Position numbers and translations under genes: made by a program. A stretch of DNA of 33,971 nt from Wenzhouxiangella sp. (GTDB lineage: Bacteria > Pseudomonadota > Gammaproteobacteria > Xanthomonadales > Wenzhouxiangellaceae): NCBI GenBank assembly GCA_035301965.1, contig DATGTG010000143.1, forward strand, positions 1-33,971, in the 5' to 3' direction. Under the pieces are notes generated by a model that worked only from the letters and a program-made list of their open reading frames with translations, made no database searches and was not told where the DNA came from. Positions 10,958 to 20,174 of this stretch are shown here, in pieces (positions within the stretch are counted from its first letter, which is position 1; every line of letters begins with the position of its first letter).

Positions 10958-11311
10958 ATGGCACGAATAGCAGGCGTCAACCTGCCCGTACAGAAGCATG
11001 TCTGGGTGGCTCTGACACATATTTACGGAATCGGGCGCAGCCGCGCTCTTGAAATATGCAGCGCAACCGGTATCGCCCCTGAAACCAAAGTCAGGGACCT
11101 TACCGAAGGTGAACAGGAGAAGCTGCGCCAGGCGATTGATCACATCAGGGTTGAAGGTGATCTGCGACGCGAAGTGTCCATGAGCATTAAAAGGCTGATG
11201 GATCTTGGCTGCTATCGCGGTCTGCGTCATCGTCGTGGCCTGCCGGTACGCGGCCAGCGTACGCGCACCAATGCCCGTACCCGCAAGGGTCCGCGGCGCC
11301 CTATTCGTTGA
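10958..11311 (+). CDS. rpsM: 30S ribosomal protein S13
   Basis: [34 protein letters not shown]. Confidence 0.99.
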   Translation: MARIAGVNLPVQKHVWVALTHIYGIGRSRALEICSATGIAPETKVRDLTEGEQEKLRQAIDHIRVEGDLRREVSMSIKRLMDLGCYRGLRHRRGLPVRGQRTRTNARTRKGPRRPIR

Positions 11312-11322
11312 GGAACTAGAAT

Positions 11323-11736
11323 ATGGCCAAGCAGCAAGGCAACAAAACAAAGAGCGCAGCCACCAAGGCACGCAAGAGAACAAGAAGGAACGTGGTGGAT
11401 GGCATCGCCCATGTGCAGGCGTCATTCAACAACACCATCATCACGATTACCGATCGCCAGGGCAATACCGTGTCCTGGGCAACATCCGGAGGATCCGGAT
11501 TTCGCGGTTCGCGCAAATCCACCCCCTTTGCAGCCCAGGTGGCTGCCGATAATGCCGGACGCGCCGCTCAGGAGCAGGGCATGAAGAACCTCGAGGTCAG
11601 GGTCAGTGGGCCAGGGCCGGGGCGTGAATCGTCCATCCGTTCCCTGAACGCGGTTGGTCTGAAGATCAGCAACATCACTGACGTTACGCCGATTCCTCAC
11701 AATGGCTGCCGTCCACCGAAAAAGCGTCGCGTTTAA
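11323..11736 (+). CDS. rpsK: 30S ribosomal protein S11
   Basis: [35 protein letters not shown]. Confidence 0.99.
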   Translation: MAKQQGNKTKSAATKARKRTRRNVVDGIAHVQASFNNTIITITDRQGNTVSWATSGGSGFRGSRKSTPFAAQVAADNAGRAAQEQGMKNLEVRVSGPGPGRESSIRSLNAVGLKISNITDVTPIPHNGCRPPKKRRV

Positions 11737-11765
11737 GGCGCACACGTAAAGACCAGAGAGAAACA

Positions 11766-12392
11766 ATGGCTAGATATATTGGACCTACCTGCAAGCTGGC
11801 GCGCCGTGAGGGCGTTGATCTCGGGCTCAAAAGCCCGGCACGCAGCCTTGAGTCAAAGTGCAAGCTCAACCAGCCGCCAGGCCAGCACGGCGACAGCCGG
11901 CGCCAGCGGCTGTCGGAATATGCGCTTCAGCTGCGTGAAAAGCAAAAGGTTCGCCGCACCTATGGCGTGCTTGAAAAGCAGTTCAGAAACTATTACAAGG
12001 CGGCTGCACGGCGCAAGGGAGCAACAGGTGAAAACCTGCTCAAGCTTTTGAAAAGCCGGCTTGACAACGTTGTATACCGTCTCGGGTTCGCAGTAACCCG
12101 TGCCCAGGCTCGCCAGATGGTCAGCCATAAATCCATTCTGGTCAATGGCAAGATCGTCAACGTTCCGTCCTACCAGGTTCAGCCTGAAGACAGGGTTGCG
12201 GTGCGTGAAAGAGCCAAAAAGCAGCTGCGTGTACAGGAAGCCATTGGCCTGGCGCGTGAACTGGATCTGGTGCCTGCCTGGATTGATGTCGACTTTGACA
12301 AGATGGAGGGCGTGTTCAAGGCAGCCCCTGACCGTGATGAACTGCCGCCCGACATTAACGAAAGTCTGATCGTCGAGCTCTATTCAAAGTAA
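11766..12392 (+). CDS. rpsD: 30S ribosomal protein S4
   Basis: [32 protein letters not shown]. Confidence 0.99.
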   Translation: MARYIGPTCKLARREGVDLGLKSPARSLESKCKLNQPPGQHGDSRRQRLSEYALQLREKQKVRRTYGVLEKQFRNYYKAAARRKGATGENLLKLLKSRLDNVVYRLGFAVTRAQARQMVSHKSILVNGKIVNVPSYQVQPEDRVAVRERAKKQLRVQEAIGLARELDLVPAWIDVDFDKMEGVFKAAPDRDELPPDINESLIVELYSK

Positions 12393-12438
12393 GCCGCTTG
12401 AGCCATGGCATCTACAAACCGTTTTTGGAGAGACTGGC

Positions 12439-13446
12439 ATGTCAGATCAGATAAGTAGCCTTCTCGTTGATATGCTCAAGCCCAAGGGCTTGATCGTTGA
12501 TGAAATCACGCCGCGCAGGTCCAGGATTACCCTGGAACCCCTTGAACGTGGTTTTGGCCATACGCTGGGCAACGCCCTGCGCCGTATTTTGCTGTCGTCA
12601 ATACCCGGCAGTGCGATCACGGAAGTTGAAATGGACGGTGTTTTGCACGAGTACACTGCGGTTGAAGGCCTGCAGGAAGACATCGTCGAAGTGCTGCTCA
12701 ACCTCAAGGAGGTTGCCGTTCGCATGCACAGCCGTGACGAGGCCACCCTTACGCTGAGCAAGGACAAGGCCGGCCCGGTCACTGCCGGAGATATTGAGCT
12801 GGCCCACGATATTGAAGTGCTCAACCCCGATCACGTGATTTGCAACCTGACCAAGGATGTCAAGCTGAACATGCAGCTCAAGGTCACCCGGGGTGTTGGC
12901 TACCAGCCGGCCGAAGAGGCCCTGAAGTTTACCGAAGAGGAAACCCGCACCATTGGCAACCTCAAGCTGGACGCATCCTATTGTCCGGTTCATCGCGTGG
13001 CCTACAGTGTGGAAAGTGCGCGTGTTGGGCAAAGAACCGACCTGGACAAGCTGGTTTTGGACATTGAAACCAACGGCACGATGAGCTGCGAGGATGCTGT
13101 CAAGCTGGCCTCGGGTATTCTCATCGACCAGATGTCAATCTTCGTCGAGTTTGTGGCGCGTGAAAAAGAAGAGGAAGAGCCGCCGGCAGAAACATTCGAT
13201 CCGATTCTGCTGCGCCCGATTGATGATCTTGAGCTGACCGTGCGCTCTGCCAACTGCCTCAAGGCCGAGCACATTCAGTATGTCGGTGATCTGGTCCAGC
13301 GCACCGAAACCGAACTGCTCAAGACACCCAACCTGGGCAAGAAGTCACTGACTGAAATCAAGACGGTTCTTGCCAGCCACGAATTGTCGCTGGGCACCCG
13401 CCTGGAAAACTGGCCGCCGCCCATGCTGGCGCGCACCGAGCACTGA
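12439..13446 (+). CDS. rpoA: RNA polymerase alpha subunit
   Basis: [37 protein letters not shown]. Confidence 0.99.
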   Translation: MSDQISSLLVDMLKPKGLIVDEITPRRSRITLEPLERGFGHTLGNALRRILLSSIPGSAITEVEMDGVLHEYTAVEGLQEDIVEVLLNLKEVAVRMHSRDEATLTLSKDKAGPVTAGDIELAHDIEVLNPDHVICNLTKDVKLNMQLKVTRGVGYQPAEEALKFTEEETRTIGNLKLDASYCPVHRVAYSVESARVGQRTDLDKLVLDIETNGTMSCEDAVKLASGILIDQMSIFVEFVAREKEEEEPPAETFDPILLRPIDDLELTVRSANCLKAEHIQYVGDLVQRTETELLKTPNLGKKSLTEIKTVLASHELSLGTRLENWPPPMLARTEH

Positions 13447-13456
13447 GGAGACAACC

Positions 13457-13840
13457 ATGCGCCATCGTAAAGCTGGTCGTAAGCTGAACAGGACTTCATC
13501 GCATCGCAACGCGATGTTTCGCAACATGACATCAAGCCTGTTTGAACACGAGATCATCAAAACCACCCTGCCCAAGGCCAAGGAGCTTCGTCGTGTGGCA
13601 GAGCCGCTGATCACTCTTGCAAGAGAGGACAGCGTCGCGGCCCGTCGCCTGGCCTTCAACCGCTTGCGCGACCGGGATATTGTCGGCAAGCTGTTTACCG
13701 AGCTTGGCCCGCGTTATCGCGAGCGGCCCGGCGGCTACCTGCGTATTCTCAAGTGTGGCTACCGCAGCGGCGACAAGGCACCCATGGCTTTTGTCGAGCT
13801 TGTTGACAGGCCCGGAGCGCCGGACGGCGACGCGGTTTGA
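13457..13840 (+). CDS. rplQ: 50S ribosomal protein L17
   Basis: [30 protein letters not shown]; GAGGAG upstream of ATG 13457. Confidence 0.99.
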   Translation: MRHRKAGRKLNRTSSHRNAMFRNMTSSLFEHEIIKTTLPKAKELRRVAEPLITLAREDSVAARRLAFNRLRDRDIVGKLFTELGPRYRERPGGYLRILKCGYRSGDKAPMAFVELVDRPGAPDGDAV

Positions 13841-13867
13841 ATTAATTCGGGTTATCCCGGAGGTTCG

Positions 13868-13900
13868 AAAAAGCCCGGACTTGTTTCCGGGCTTTTTTTT
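13868..13900 (+). terminator. Intrinsic terminator of the alpha operon
   Basis: AAAAAGCCCGGA-CTTGTT-TCCGGGCTTTTTTTT. Confidence 0.9.
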
Positions 13901-14003
13901 GTCTGCGGGCGCAATTCCAGGCTTGAGGTCGAAGCGTCACGCCCCAACTTTGTTCGCAACGCTCGCGGAAGCGACCATTGCATCCGGGCTGCTGCGCAGG
14001 CCT

Positions 14004-14033
14004 GGCCCGACTTTCGGGTTTTATGTCTGCGGC
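14004..14033 (+). terminator. Second, weaker terminator-like hairpin resembling the first
   Basis: GGCCCGA-CTT-TCGGGTT followed by TTATGTCTGCGG. Confidence 0.45.
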
Positions 14034-14102
14034 TAGAGCAAATATTCGAAGCGGCGGGCAGATCAGTTCATGCTGCGCCGGAATCAATCTTATGGAGTTT
14101 AA

Positions 14103-15917
14103 ATGACCGAGGACACACAACGACCGGAAAAGTCCAGTCATTTGGGTTCGCTGCGATCGCTCAAGCCGTTTGTGTCGCGCTATCGTGTGCAGATCAGCCT
14201 TGCGCTGCTCTTTCTGCTTGTCTCCACAGCCGGCGTTATTGCCATACCGGCTGCCGCGGGCCAAGTGATCGATCGCGGCTTCATGGCCGACAATATCGCC
14301 AATATCGATCGCTGGTTTTGGCTGCTGTTTGCCGCAGCGGCCACCATGGCCATAGGCGGGGGGCTGCGTTTTTACTGGGTCAGCTGGCTGGGCCAACGGG
14401 TGATTGCCGATGTGCGCAAATCGGTCTATGAACGTGTTTTGGCCATGCCGCCGGAATTTTTCGGAACAACCCGCACCGGGGAGGTGCTGTCGCGGCTCAA
14501 TACCGACACCACGCTGGTGGAAACCTTGGTCGGATCCACGGTTTCATTCGGGGTTCGCAACACCCTGATGCTTTTTGGCAGCGCCATCGCCCTTGTGGTT
14601 ACATCACCCTCACTGGCCGGGGTGATTGGCATGCTGATTGTTTTCATCATTGTCCCGGCTGTAGTTGTCGGACGCTGGGTGCGCAGGCTGTCGCGCAGTG
14701 CGCAGGATCGCGTGGCCGATTTCAGTGCTCACGGCGATGAAACCATCAACGCCATTCAAACCGTGCAATCGTTTGCCCAGGAACAACGCGAACAGGCGCG
14801 TTTTTCCACCCATGTGGAATCGGCATTTGTGGCCAATCGCGACCGCATACGCGCCAGCGCGCTGTTGATCATCACTGTCATTTTGCTGACTTTTGGAGCC
14901 ATCACTTTTGTGCTGTGGCTGGGCGCCCGCTCGGTGCTCACGGGCGGGATGAGCGCCGGTCAGCTGGGTCAGTTTGTCCTGTACGCGGCCATTGCTGCCG
15001 GATCGGCAGCGGGCCTGAGCGAAATATGGGGGCAGGTGCAGCGGGCAGCCGGTGCCATGGAGCGACTGGCAGAGCTGCTGGATGCTCGTCCGGCCATTGT
15101 CAGCCCTGCCGTGCCCCGGCCGCTGCCGCCCGGTCCGCTATCGGTTTCCTTTGAGAAGGTTTGTTTTGCCTATCCCACACGCCCGGAAGAGCAGGTGCTT
15201 CGCCACCTGTCATTCACCATAAAAGTGGGTGAGACAGTGGCCATAGTCGGTCCTTCCGGTGCTGGCAAGTCAACGCTGTTTCAGCTGCTGCTGCGTTTTT
15301 ATGATCCGGGCACGGGCCATGTCAACGTGGGTGACATTGATGTGCGCCAGCTTGATTTGCCGTCGCTGAGGGAAAAGATCGGGGTGGTGCCGCAGGATGT
15401 TGTGATGTTTTCAGGCACAGCAGCCGAAAATATCGCTTATGGGTGTCCCGAAGCCCGGGTTGACGAGATTCAAAAGGCCGCCAGGCAGGCCCATGCCAGT
15501 GAATTTATCGAGAACATGCCCGATCAGTACGAAACTTTTTTGGGCGAGCGTGGCGTGCGCCTGTCCGGCGGTCAGCGTCAGCGAATTGCCATTGCCAGGG
15601 CGCTGATCAAAGAACCACAGCTGCTTCTTCTTGACGAGGCCACTGCCAGCCTTGATGCGGAAAGCGAGCGTTTGGTCCAGGAGGCACTGGACACCATTGG
15701 CCATGATCGCACCGTGCTGGTCATTGCCCACCGTCTGGCAACCGTGCAGCGGGCCGACCGCATAGTTGTGCTCGACCAGGGGCAGGTGGTGGCCGAAGGC
15801 ACGCATCAGCAGCTCGTAAACGAAAGCGCCCTGTATGCCCGCCTTGCCCGGCTGCAGTTTCTTGCCGGCGAGCCCGCAGATGAAGAAAAGGCCGGCCACC
15901 GGCCGGCCACGGCCTGA
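14103..15917 (+). CDS. ABC exporter, fused permease/ATP-binding protein (MsbA-related)
   Basis: N-terminal TM domain; Walker A GPSGAGKST, signature LSGGQ, Walker B LLLLDE, H-loop IAHRL; 604 aa; substrate unknown. Confidence 0.9.
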   Translation: MTEDTQRPEKSSHLGSLRSLKPFVSRYRVQISLALLFLLVSTAGVIAIPAAAGQVIDRGFMADNIANIDRWFWLLFAAAATMAIGGGLRFYWVSWLGQRVIADVRKSVYERVLAMPPEFFGTTRTGEVLSRLNTDTTLVETLVGSTVSFGVRNTLMLFGSAIALVVTSPSLAGVIGMLIVFIIVPAVVVGRWVRRLSRSAQDRVADFSAHGDETINAIQTVQSFAQEQREQARFSTHVESAFVANRDRIRASALLIITVILLTFGAITFVLWLGARSVLTGGMSAGQLGQFVLYAAIAAGSAAGLSEIWGQVQRAAGAMERLAELLDARPAIVSPAVPRPLPPGPLSVSFEKVCFAYPTRPEEQVLRHLSFTIKVGETVAIVGPSGAGKSTLFQLLLRFYDPGTGHVNVGDIDVRQLDLPSLREKIGVVPQDVVMFSGTAAENIAYGCPEARVDEIQKAARQAHASEFIENMPDQYETFLGERGVRLSGGQRQRIAIARALIKEPQLLLLDEATASLDAESERLVQEALDTIGHDRTVLVIAHRLATVQRADRIVVLDQGQVVAEGTHQQLVNESALYARLARLQFLAGEPADEEKAGHRPATA

Positions 15918-15924
15918 TGCAGGC

Positions 15925-16467
15925 TCAAAGAGACCAGTAGCGGAATTTCTGACCGCCCACTGTGGCTTCTGCCATCAGCCCGCCGCGTGCGTGGATGAAT
16001 ACCGCAACGCCCTGGGAGTAGCTTGTTGTAGCTGCAGCGCCCTCGGTAGCGGCCACTGCGGTGGCCTGGGCTGAAAACTTGAACTTCTCTCCCTGGAAGC
16101 GTCGCAGTTCGGTTTTGTCGCGAAAAAATATCACCTGGCTGTAGGACTGGGCACCAATCTGGGCGCCAATGGTGCCTTGTGACACCGAAGTGCGCCCAAC
16201 GGGCTCACCCTGTTCGAAAACAATGCCGCGCCCGAATCCGCCACCCAGCCACAGCCCGCCCTTGCCTATATTGGGGAACATGGCGTAGCCGTAGGCCTCA
16301 TCGACCCAGTCCTGAAGGCCGGGGTCGCGGTCTATCATGGTATTCAGGGCAGCGTTGGCCTCGCTGATCAGCGTTGAGCTCGACGGGGTTGAAGCACACC
16401 CGGCGAGCAGCGTTAGCACAAAGGCTGCGGACAGCAGGCAGAATGTTCGTGTTTGTGTTTTTAACAT
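15925..16467 (-). CDS. YSC84/SYLF-domain lipoprotein
   Basis: Lipobox LLAGC; FPNIGKGG, GAQIGAQ, GGLMAEATVGGQKF pattern typical of bacterial YSC84-related proteins. Confidence 0.8.
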   Translation of the reverse strand: MLKTQTRTFCLLSAAFVLTLLAGCASTPSSSTLISEANAALNTMIDRDPGLQDWVDEAYGYAMFPNIGKGGLWLGGGFGRGIVFEQGEPVGRTSVSQGTIGAQIGAQSYSQVIFFRDKTELRRFQGEKFKFSAQATAVAATEGAAATTSYSQGVAVFIHARGGLMAEATVGGQKFRYWSL

Positions 16468-16732
16468 CGGGTTCTCCGTCAGGGTGGTTCGTTCTTTGAG
16501 TGTTTTTGGATTGTCGAGGCAGGCATGAACTCGTGTTTCGCACGGTTTTGAGCATGTGTGGCAGTCTGTACTTGCGCTCGGCTCATTGATCGTATGTTAA
16601 CCCGTTGCGGAAAATTCAGCGCCGGTTTTACCGCGGACACTTTATTCGGTCGCGCATACAGCAGAAAGAAATGCCGTGGCCAGTTCAAATGCGGTAGCAT
16701 CAACGCTCCATGCAAATAACGACAGCTGCACA

Positions 16733-18568
16733 ATGAAAAATAATCTTCGCCTGTTTTTCGCATCACTTGGCATCGCAGCCCTTGTTCTTGCCGGCTGCGC
16801 AACCTCTTCGCTGCAGGAAAGCGAGGGTCAGACAGAGGCTGGCAACGGGACTTTCTCTGACGCCTTTGATCAGCGTTCGTCAGCAAACAGCGCTGCCGGC
16901 CTGGCTGAAGCCTTCGATAATTTTACCGATGAGCTGATCGAGGAGATGCTGGAACGCTCGCCGGAATGGGCCATTTATCAGGGCCGGTACGAACACGCAG
17001 GCAAGGTGACCATTCCCGATGAGAGTCGGCGCAGGGAAGAAGTGGAGTTTGCAGACCGGGTGCTGACGCGCCTGGCCGGTTTTGACTACGATCGGCTGCC
17101 TGTCCGGCAGCAAACGGATCATGACCTCCTTTCCAACCGCCTTGAGGCCATGAAGTTCTATACCGAATCACTTCGGGCCTGGGAATGGCAGCCTTCACAT
17201 TACAACGTGGCAGGACCCTTGAGCCTGCTGCTCAACACCGATTTTGCCCCACTTGAAGAAAGGCTGGCACTGATCCGCCAGCGCCTGGACAGGGTGCCCG
17301 ATTATTATCAGGCGGCGCGCGCCAGCCTGGGCACCCCCAGCCTTGAGCACACCAGACTGGCCATTCAGCAGAACCAGGGCACGCTGGGCGTTTTGTCCGA
17401 TATTCGCCACAGCGCCGAAGAGGCGGGATTGGCTGATGACCTGGCGGATTCCGTTGATCAGGCCCAGGCAGCGGTCGAGGACTGGATTGACTGGCTGCAA
17501 GGTCTGCAGGCCCGGCTTGAAGAATCGGGCGAGGCCCGCTCTTTCAGACTGGGCAGGGCGCTTTACGAGGAAAAGTTCAAATATGACATCCAGGCCGGGT
17601 TTGAAGCCGCCGAACTTTATCGCCGCGCGCTGGATGAAAAGGAACGTCTGCTGGCTGAAATGGATGGCCACGCCACGGAACTGTGGCCGCAGTACTTCCC
17701 CGGTCAGTCGTTGCCGGAGGATCGCCTGCAGCGCATTGGGCGCATGATCGACCGGCTGTCCGACGAGCATGGAACCGTTGATGAATTTGTCGACAACGTG
17801 CGCGAGCAGATGCCAAAGCTGGCCCGTTTTGTAAGCGAGAAGGACTTGCTGGACCAGGATCCGGACAAGCCGCTTGTCGTGCGAAAGACGCCGGAATACA
17901 TGCGCGGTACTGGCGCCATTGCCTCGGTCAGCGCGCCGGGACCGTTCCACCCCGAGGCCGAAACCTACTACAACGTGACGCCGCTGGACAGCTACGGTGA
18001 CGAACTGGCCGCCAGCTATCTGCGCGAGTACAACGACTGGATGGTGCAGATTCTCAATATTCATGAAGCCATCCCCGGACACTATACTCAGCTGGTGCAC
18101 GCCAACAAGTCACCCAGCCTGGTAAAAAGCCTGTTTGGCAACGGCGCCATGATCGAGGGCTGGGCGGTCTATTCCGAGCACGTGATGCTTGAGGCAGGCT
18201 GGGGTGATCATGCGCCCGAACTGCTTTTGATGCACGGCAAGTGGCTGCTGCGGGTGGTGCACAACACCATTCTCGACTATGCGGTTCATGTCCTGGGCAT
18301 GGAGCGTGACGAAGCCCTGCGCCTGATGCGCGAGGAAGCCTTCCAGGAAGAGTCGGAAGCCACCCAGAAGTGGATCAGGGTCACGCTGACCCAGGTGCAG
18401 CTGACGTCATACTACGCCGGCTACGCGGCCATTCTGGACCTGCGCACCGAGCTGCAGAACGAGCTGGGCGAAGACTTTGATCTGAAAGCCTTTCACAACC
18501 GGTTCCTCAGTTTTGGATCGGCGCCCGTGGCAACCATCGCCAGGCTGATGACTGAAAACCCCAACTGA
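16733..18568 (+). CDS. DUF885 family lipoprotein (putative metallopeptidase-like)
   Basis: Lipobox VLAGC; HEAIPGH, EGWAVYSE, QLTSY and FDLKAFH motifs; start set at ATG 16733. Confidence 0.85.
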   Translation: MKNNLRLFFASLGIAALVLAGCATSSLQESEGQTEAGNGTFSDAFDQRSSANSAAGLAEAFDNFTDELIEEMLERSPEWAIYQGRYEHAGKVTIPDESRRREEVEFADRVLTRLAGFDYDRLPVRQQTDHDLLSNRLEAMKFYTESLRAWEWQPSHYNVAGPLSLLLNTDFAPLEERLALIRQRLDRVPDYYQAARASLGTPSLEHTRLAIQQNQGTLGVLSDIRHSAEEAGLADDLADSVDQAQAAVEDWIDWLQGLQARLEESGEARSFRLGRALYEEKFKYDIQAGFEAAELYRRALDEKERLLAEMDGHATELWPQYFPGQSLPEDRLQRIGRMIDRLSDEHGTVDEFVDNVREQMPKLARFVSEKDLLDQDPDKPLVVRKTPEYMRGTGAIASVSAPGPFHPEAETYYNVTPLDSYGDELAASYLREYNDWMVQILNIHEAIPGHYTQLVHANKSPSLVKSLFGNGAMIEGWAVYSEHVMLEAGWGDHAPELLLMHGKWLLRVVHNTILDYAVHVLGMERDEALRLMREEAFQEESEATQKWIRVTLTQVQLTSYYAGYAAILDLRTELQNELGEDFDLKAFHNRFLSFGSAPVATIARLMTENPN

Positions 18569-18574
18569 TGGGTT

Positions 18575-18629
18575 GAGGCGGCCGGCCGCCTGCCGCTGGG
18601 CATGCGCACGGCAGGCGAGCCTCCTTTTT
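18575..18629 (+). terminator. Terminator-like hairpin between the convergent DUF885 and manB genes
   Basis: CGCCTGCCG/CGGCAGGCG stem, outer GAGGC/GCCTC, then CTTTTT. Confidence 0.5.
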
Positions 18630-18643
18630 ATGGTTGACGGCCC

Positions 18644-20008
18644 TCAGCCCTGTTGTATCAGGCGGCTGAGGGCTTCAGTCTTTTCCTCGAGCAGCCGGGT
18701 GTCTGCGCGGGTTTCCACATTGAGCCGGATCACCGGTTCGGTGTTGGAAGCGCGCAGGTTGAAGCGCCAGCTCTCAAAGTCCAGGCCAATGCCGTCCGTC
18801 TCGTCCACCACCGGGCGGTCATTCTCGAAGTGCTCAAGGATTGTGCGAATCACTTTCTGCGGGTTGTCAACGCTGAAGTTGATCTCTCCGCTACAGGGAA
18901 AGGCCCGGATGCGTTCGTCAACAAGCTCGGCCAAAGAGCATCCGGTCTGGCTGATGCGTTCCAGCAGCAGCAGCCACGGGATCATGCCGGAATCGCAATA
19001 GCTGAAATCGCGAAAGTAGTGATGGGCCGACATTTCTCCCCCGTACAGGGCGTTTTCGGCGCGCATGCGCTCCTTGATGAAAGCGTGTCCGCTTTTATTG
19101 ATGACAGAGACGCCGCCGGCACTGGCAACCTCGGCCAGGGTATTCCAGGTGAGGCGCGGATCCAGCACAATGGTTTCACCCGGGCTGTTTTCCAATAGCT
19201 GGCGGGCAAACAGCCCGACCAGGTAATAGCCCTCGATAAAGCGGCCGTTGTGGTCAAAGAAAAAGCAGCGGTCAAAGTCACCGTCCCAGGCGATGCCCAG
19301 ATCAGCGCCGGTGTCCACCACGGCGCGGGCGGTTTCCCGCCGGTTTTCAGGCAGCAGCGGGTTGGGAACGCCGTTGGGAAAATGTCCGTCAGGCTGATGG
19401 TGCAGGCGCACAATCTCCAGCGGAAGATGTTTGGCCAGCTGGTCAAACACCGGACCGGCGCAGCCGTTGCCGGCGTTGACCACCACCGTGGCCGGCTTGA
19501 TTTTGCCGATGTCGACAAAGCTGAGCATGCGGGAAAGATAGCCATCGGTCACGGATGTTTCTTCATGTTTGCCTGAACGGTCCGCAGAGGTTTCCCATTG
19601 GCCGCTGGCCAGCAGCGCCTCCATGTCCTTCAGCCCCGTGTCGCCGCTGACGGGGATGGCCTGTTCGCGAACCATTTTCATGCCGTTGTAGTCGGCCGGA
19701 TTGTGACTGGCGGTGACCATGATTCCGCCCCCCATGCAGTCAAGTGAGGCGGCGTGATAGACAACCTCGGTGCCGCACAGGCCGATGTCGCGGGTATCCA
19801 TGCCGGCCTTGTTGAGGCCTTGTGCCAGGGCCGCTGCAAGCGGGCGGCTCGACAACCGCATGTCGTGGCCTATGGCCACCGGGCCCCGGGGCTGAACGAT
19901 GCGGGCGTAGGCCTGGCCGATTTGGAAGGCGCGTTCCTCATTGAGCTGTTCCGGAACGCGTCCGCGGACGTCATAGGCCTTGAACGGCGAGTTTTTCAGG
20001 GTTGTCAT
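18644..20008 (-). CDS. manB: Phosphomannomutase (CpsG/ManB type)
   Basis: FKAYDVRG, TASHNP (phospho-Ser), WDGDFDR (metal loop), GEMSAH, RASNTEP; start trimmed to ATG 20008. Confidence 0.9.
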   Translation of the reverse strand: MTTLKNSPFKAYDVRGRVPEQLNEERAFQIGQAYARIVQPRGPVAIGHDMRLSSRPLAAALAQGLNKAGMDTRDIGLCGTEVVYHAASLDCMGGGIMVTASHNPADYNGMKMVREQAIPVSGDTGLKDMEALLASGQWETSADRSGKHEETSVTDGYLSRMLSFVDIGKIKPATVVVNAGNGCAGPVFDQLAKHLPLEIVRLHHQPDGHFPNGVPNPLLPENRRETARAVVDTGADLGIAWDGDFDRCFFFDHNGRFIEGYYLVGLFARQLLENSPGETIVLDPRLTWNTLAEVASAGGVSVINKSGHAFIKERMRAENALYGGEMSAHHYFRDFSYCDSGMIPWLLLLERISQTGCSLAELVDERIRAFPCSGEINFSVDNPQKVIRTILEHFENDRPVVDETDGIGLDFESWRFNLRASNTEPVIRLNVETRADTRLLEEKTEALSRLIQQG

Positions 20009-20134
20009 ATAAAGCTTGAGCGGGTGTATTTGACCAGCCGCTATCCTAACCCGGCAGCCATTTGGGCTGATGGCGGTGTGACGTGCGACCAGGGTTTTGG
20101 CCGGTGCCGACAGGGTCTTTGCAGGGCCACTTGG

Positions 20135-20143
20135 TGATACCAT
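20135..20143 (+). promoter_or_regulatory. Candidate extended -10 promoter for glyA
   Basis: TG-A-TACCAT about 30 nt upstream of the glyA ATG; no good -35. Confidence 0.4.
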
Positions 20144-20174
20144 TGATGCGCTATACATTTCAGGAACAAGGCCA

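Noticed and set aside
13617-14036. 139-aa ORF spanning the end of rplQ
   Set aside because: Out of frame within rplQ and runs through the terminator.
20009-20174. ZTP (pfl) or glycine riboswitch upstream of glyA
   Set aside because: Core motifs (GACTGGCG...GCCTGGG for ZTP; GGAGA/CCGAAG/CTCAGG for glycine) are not present.
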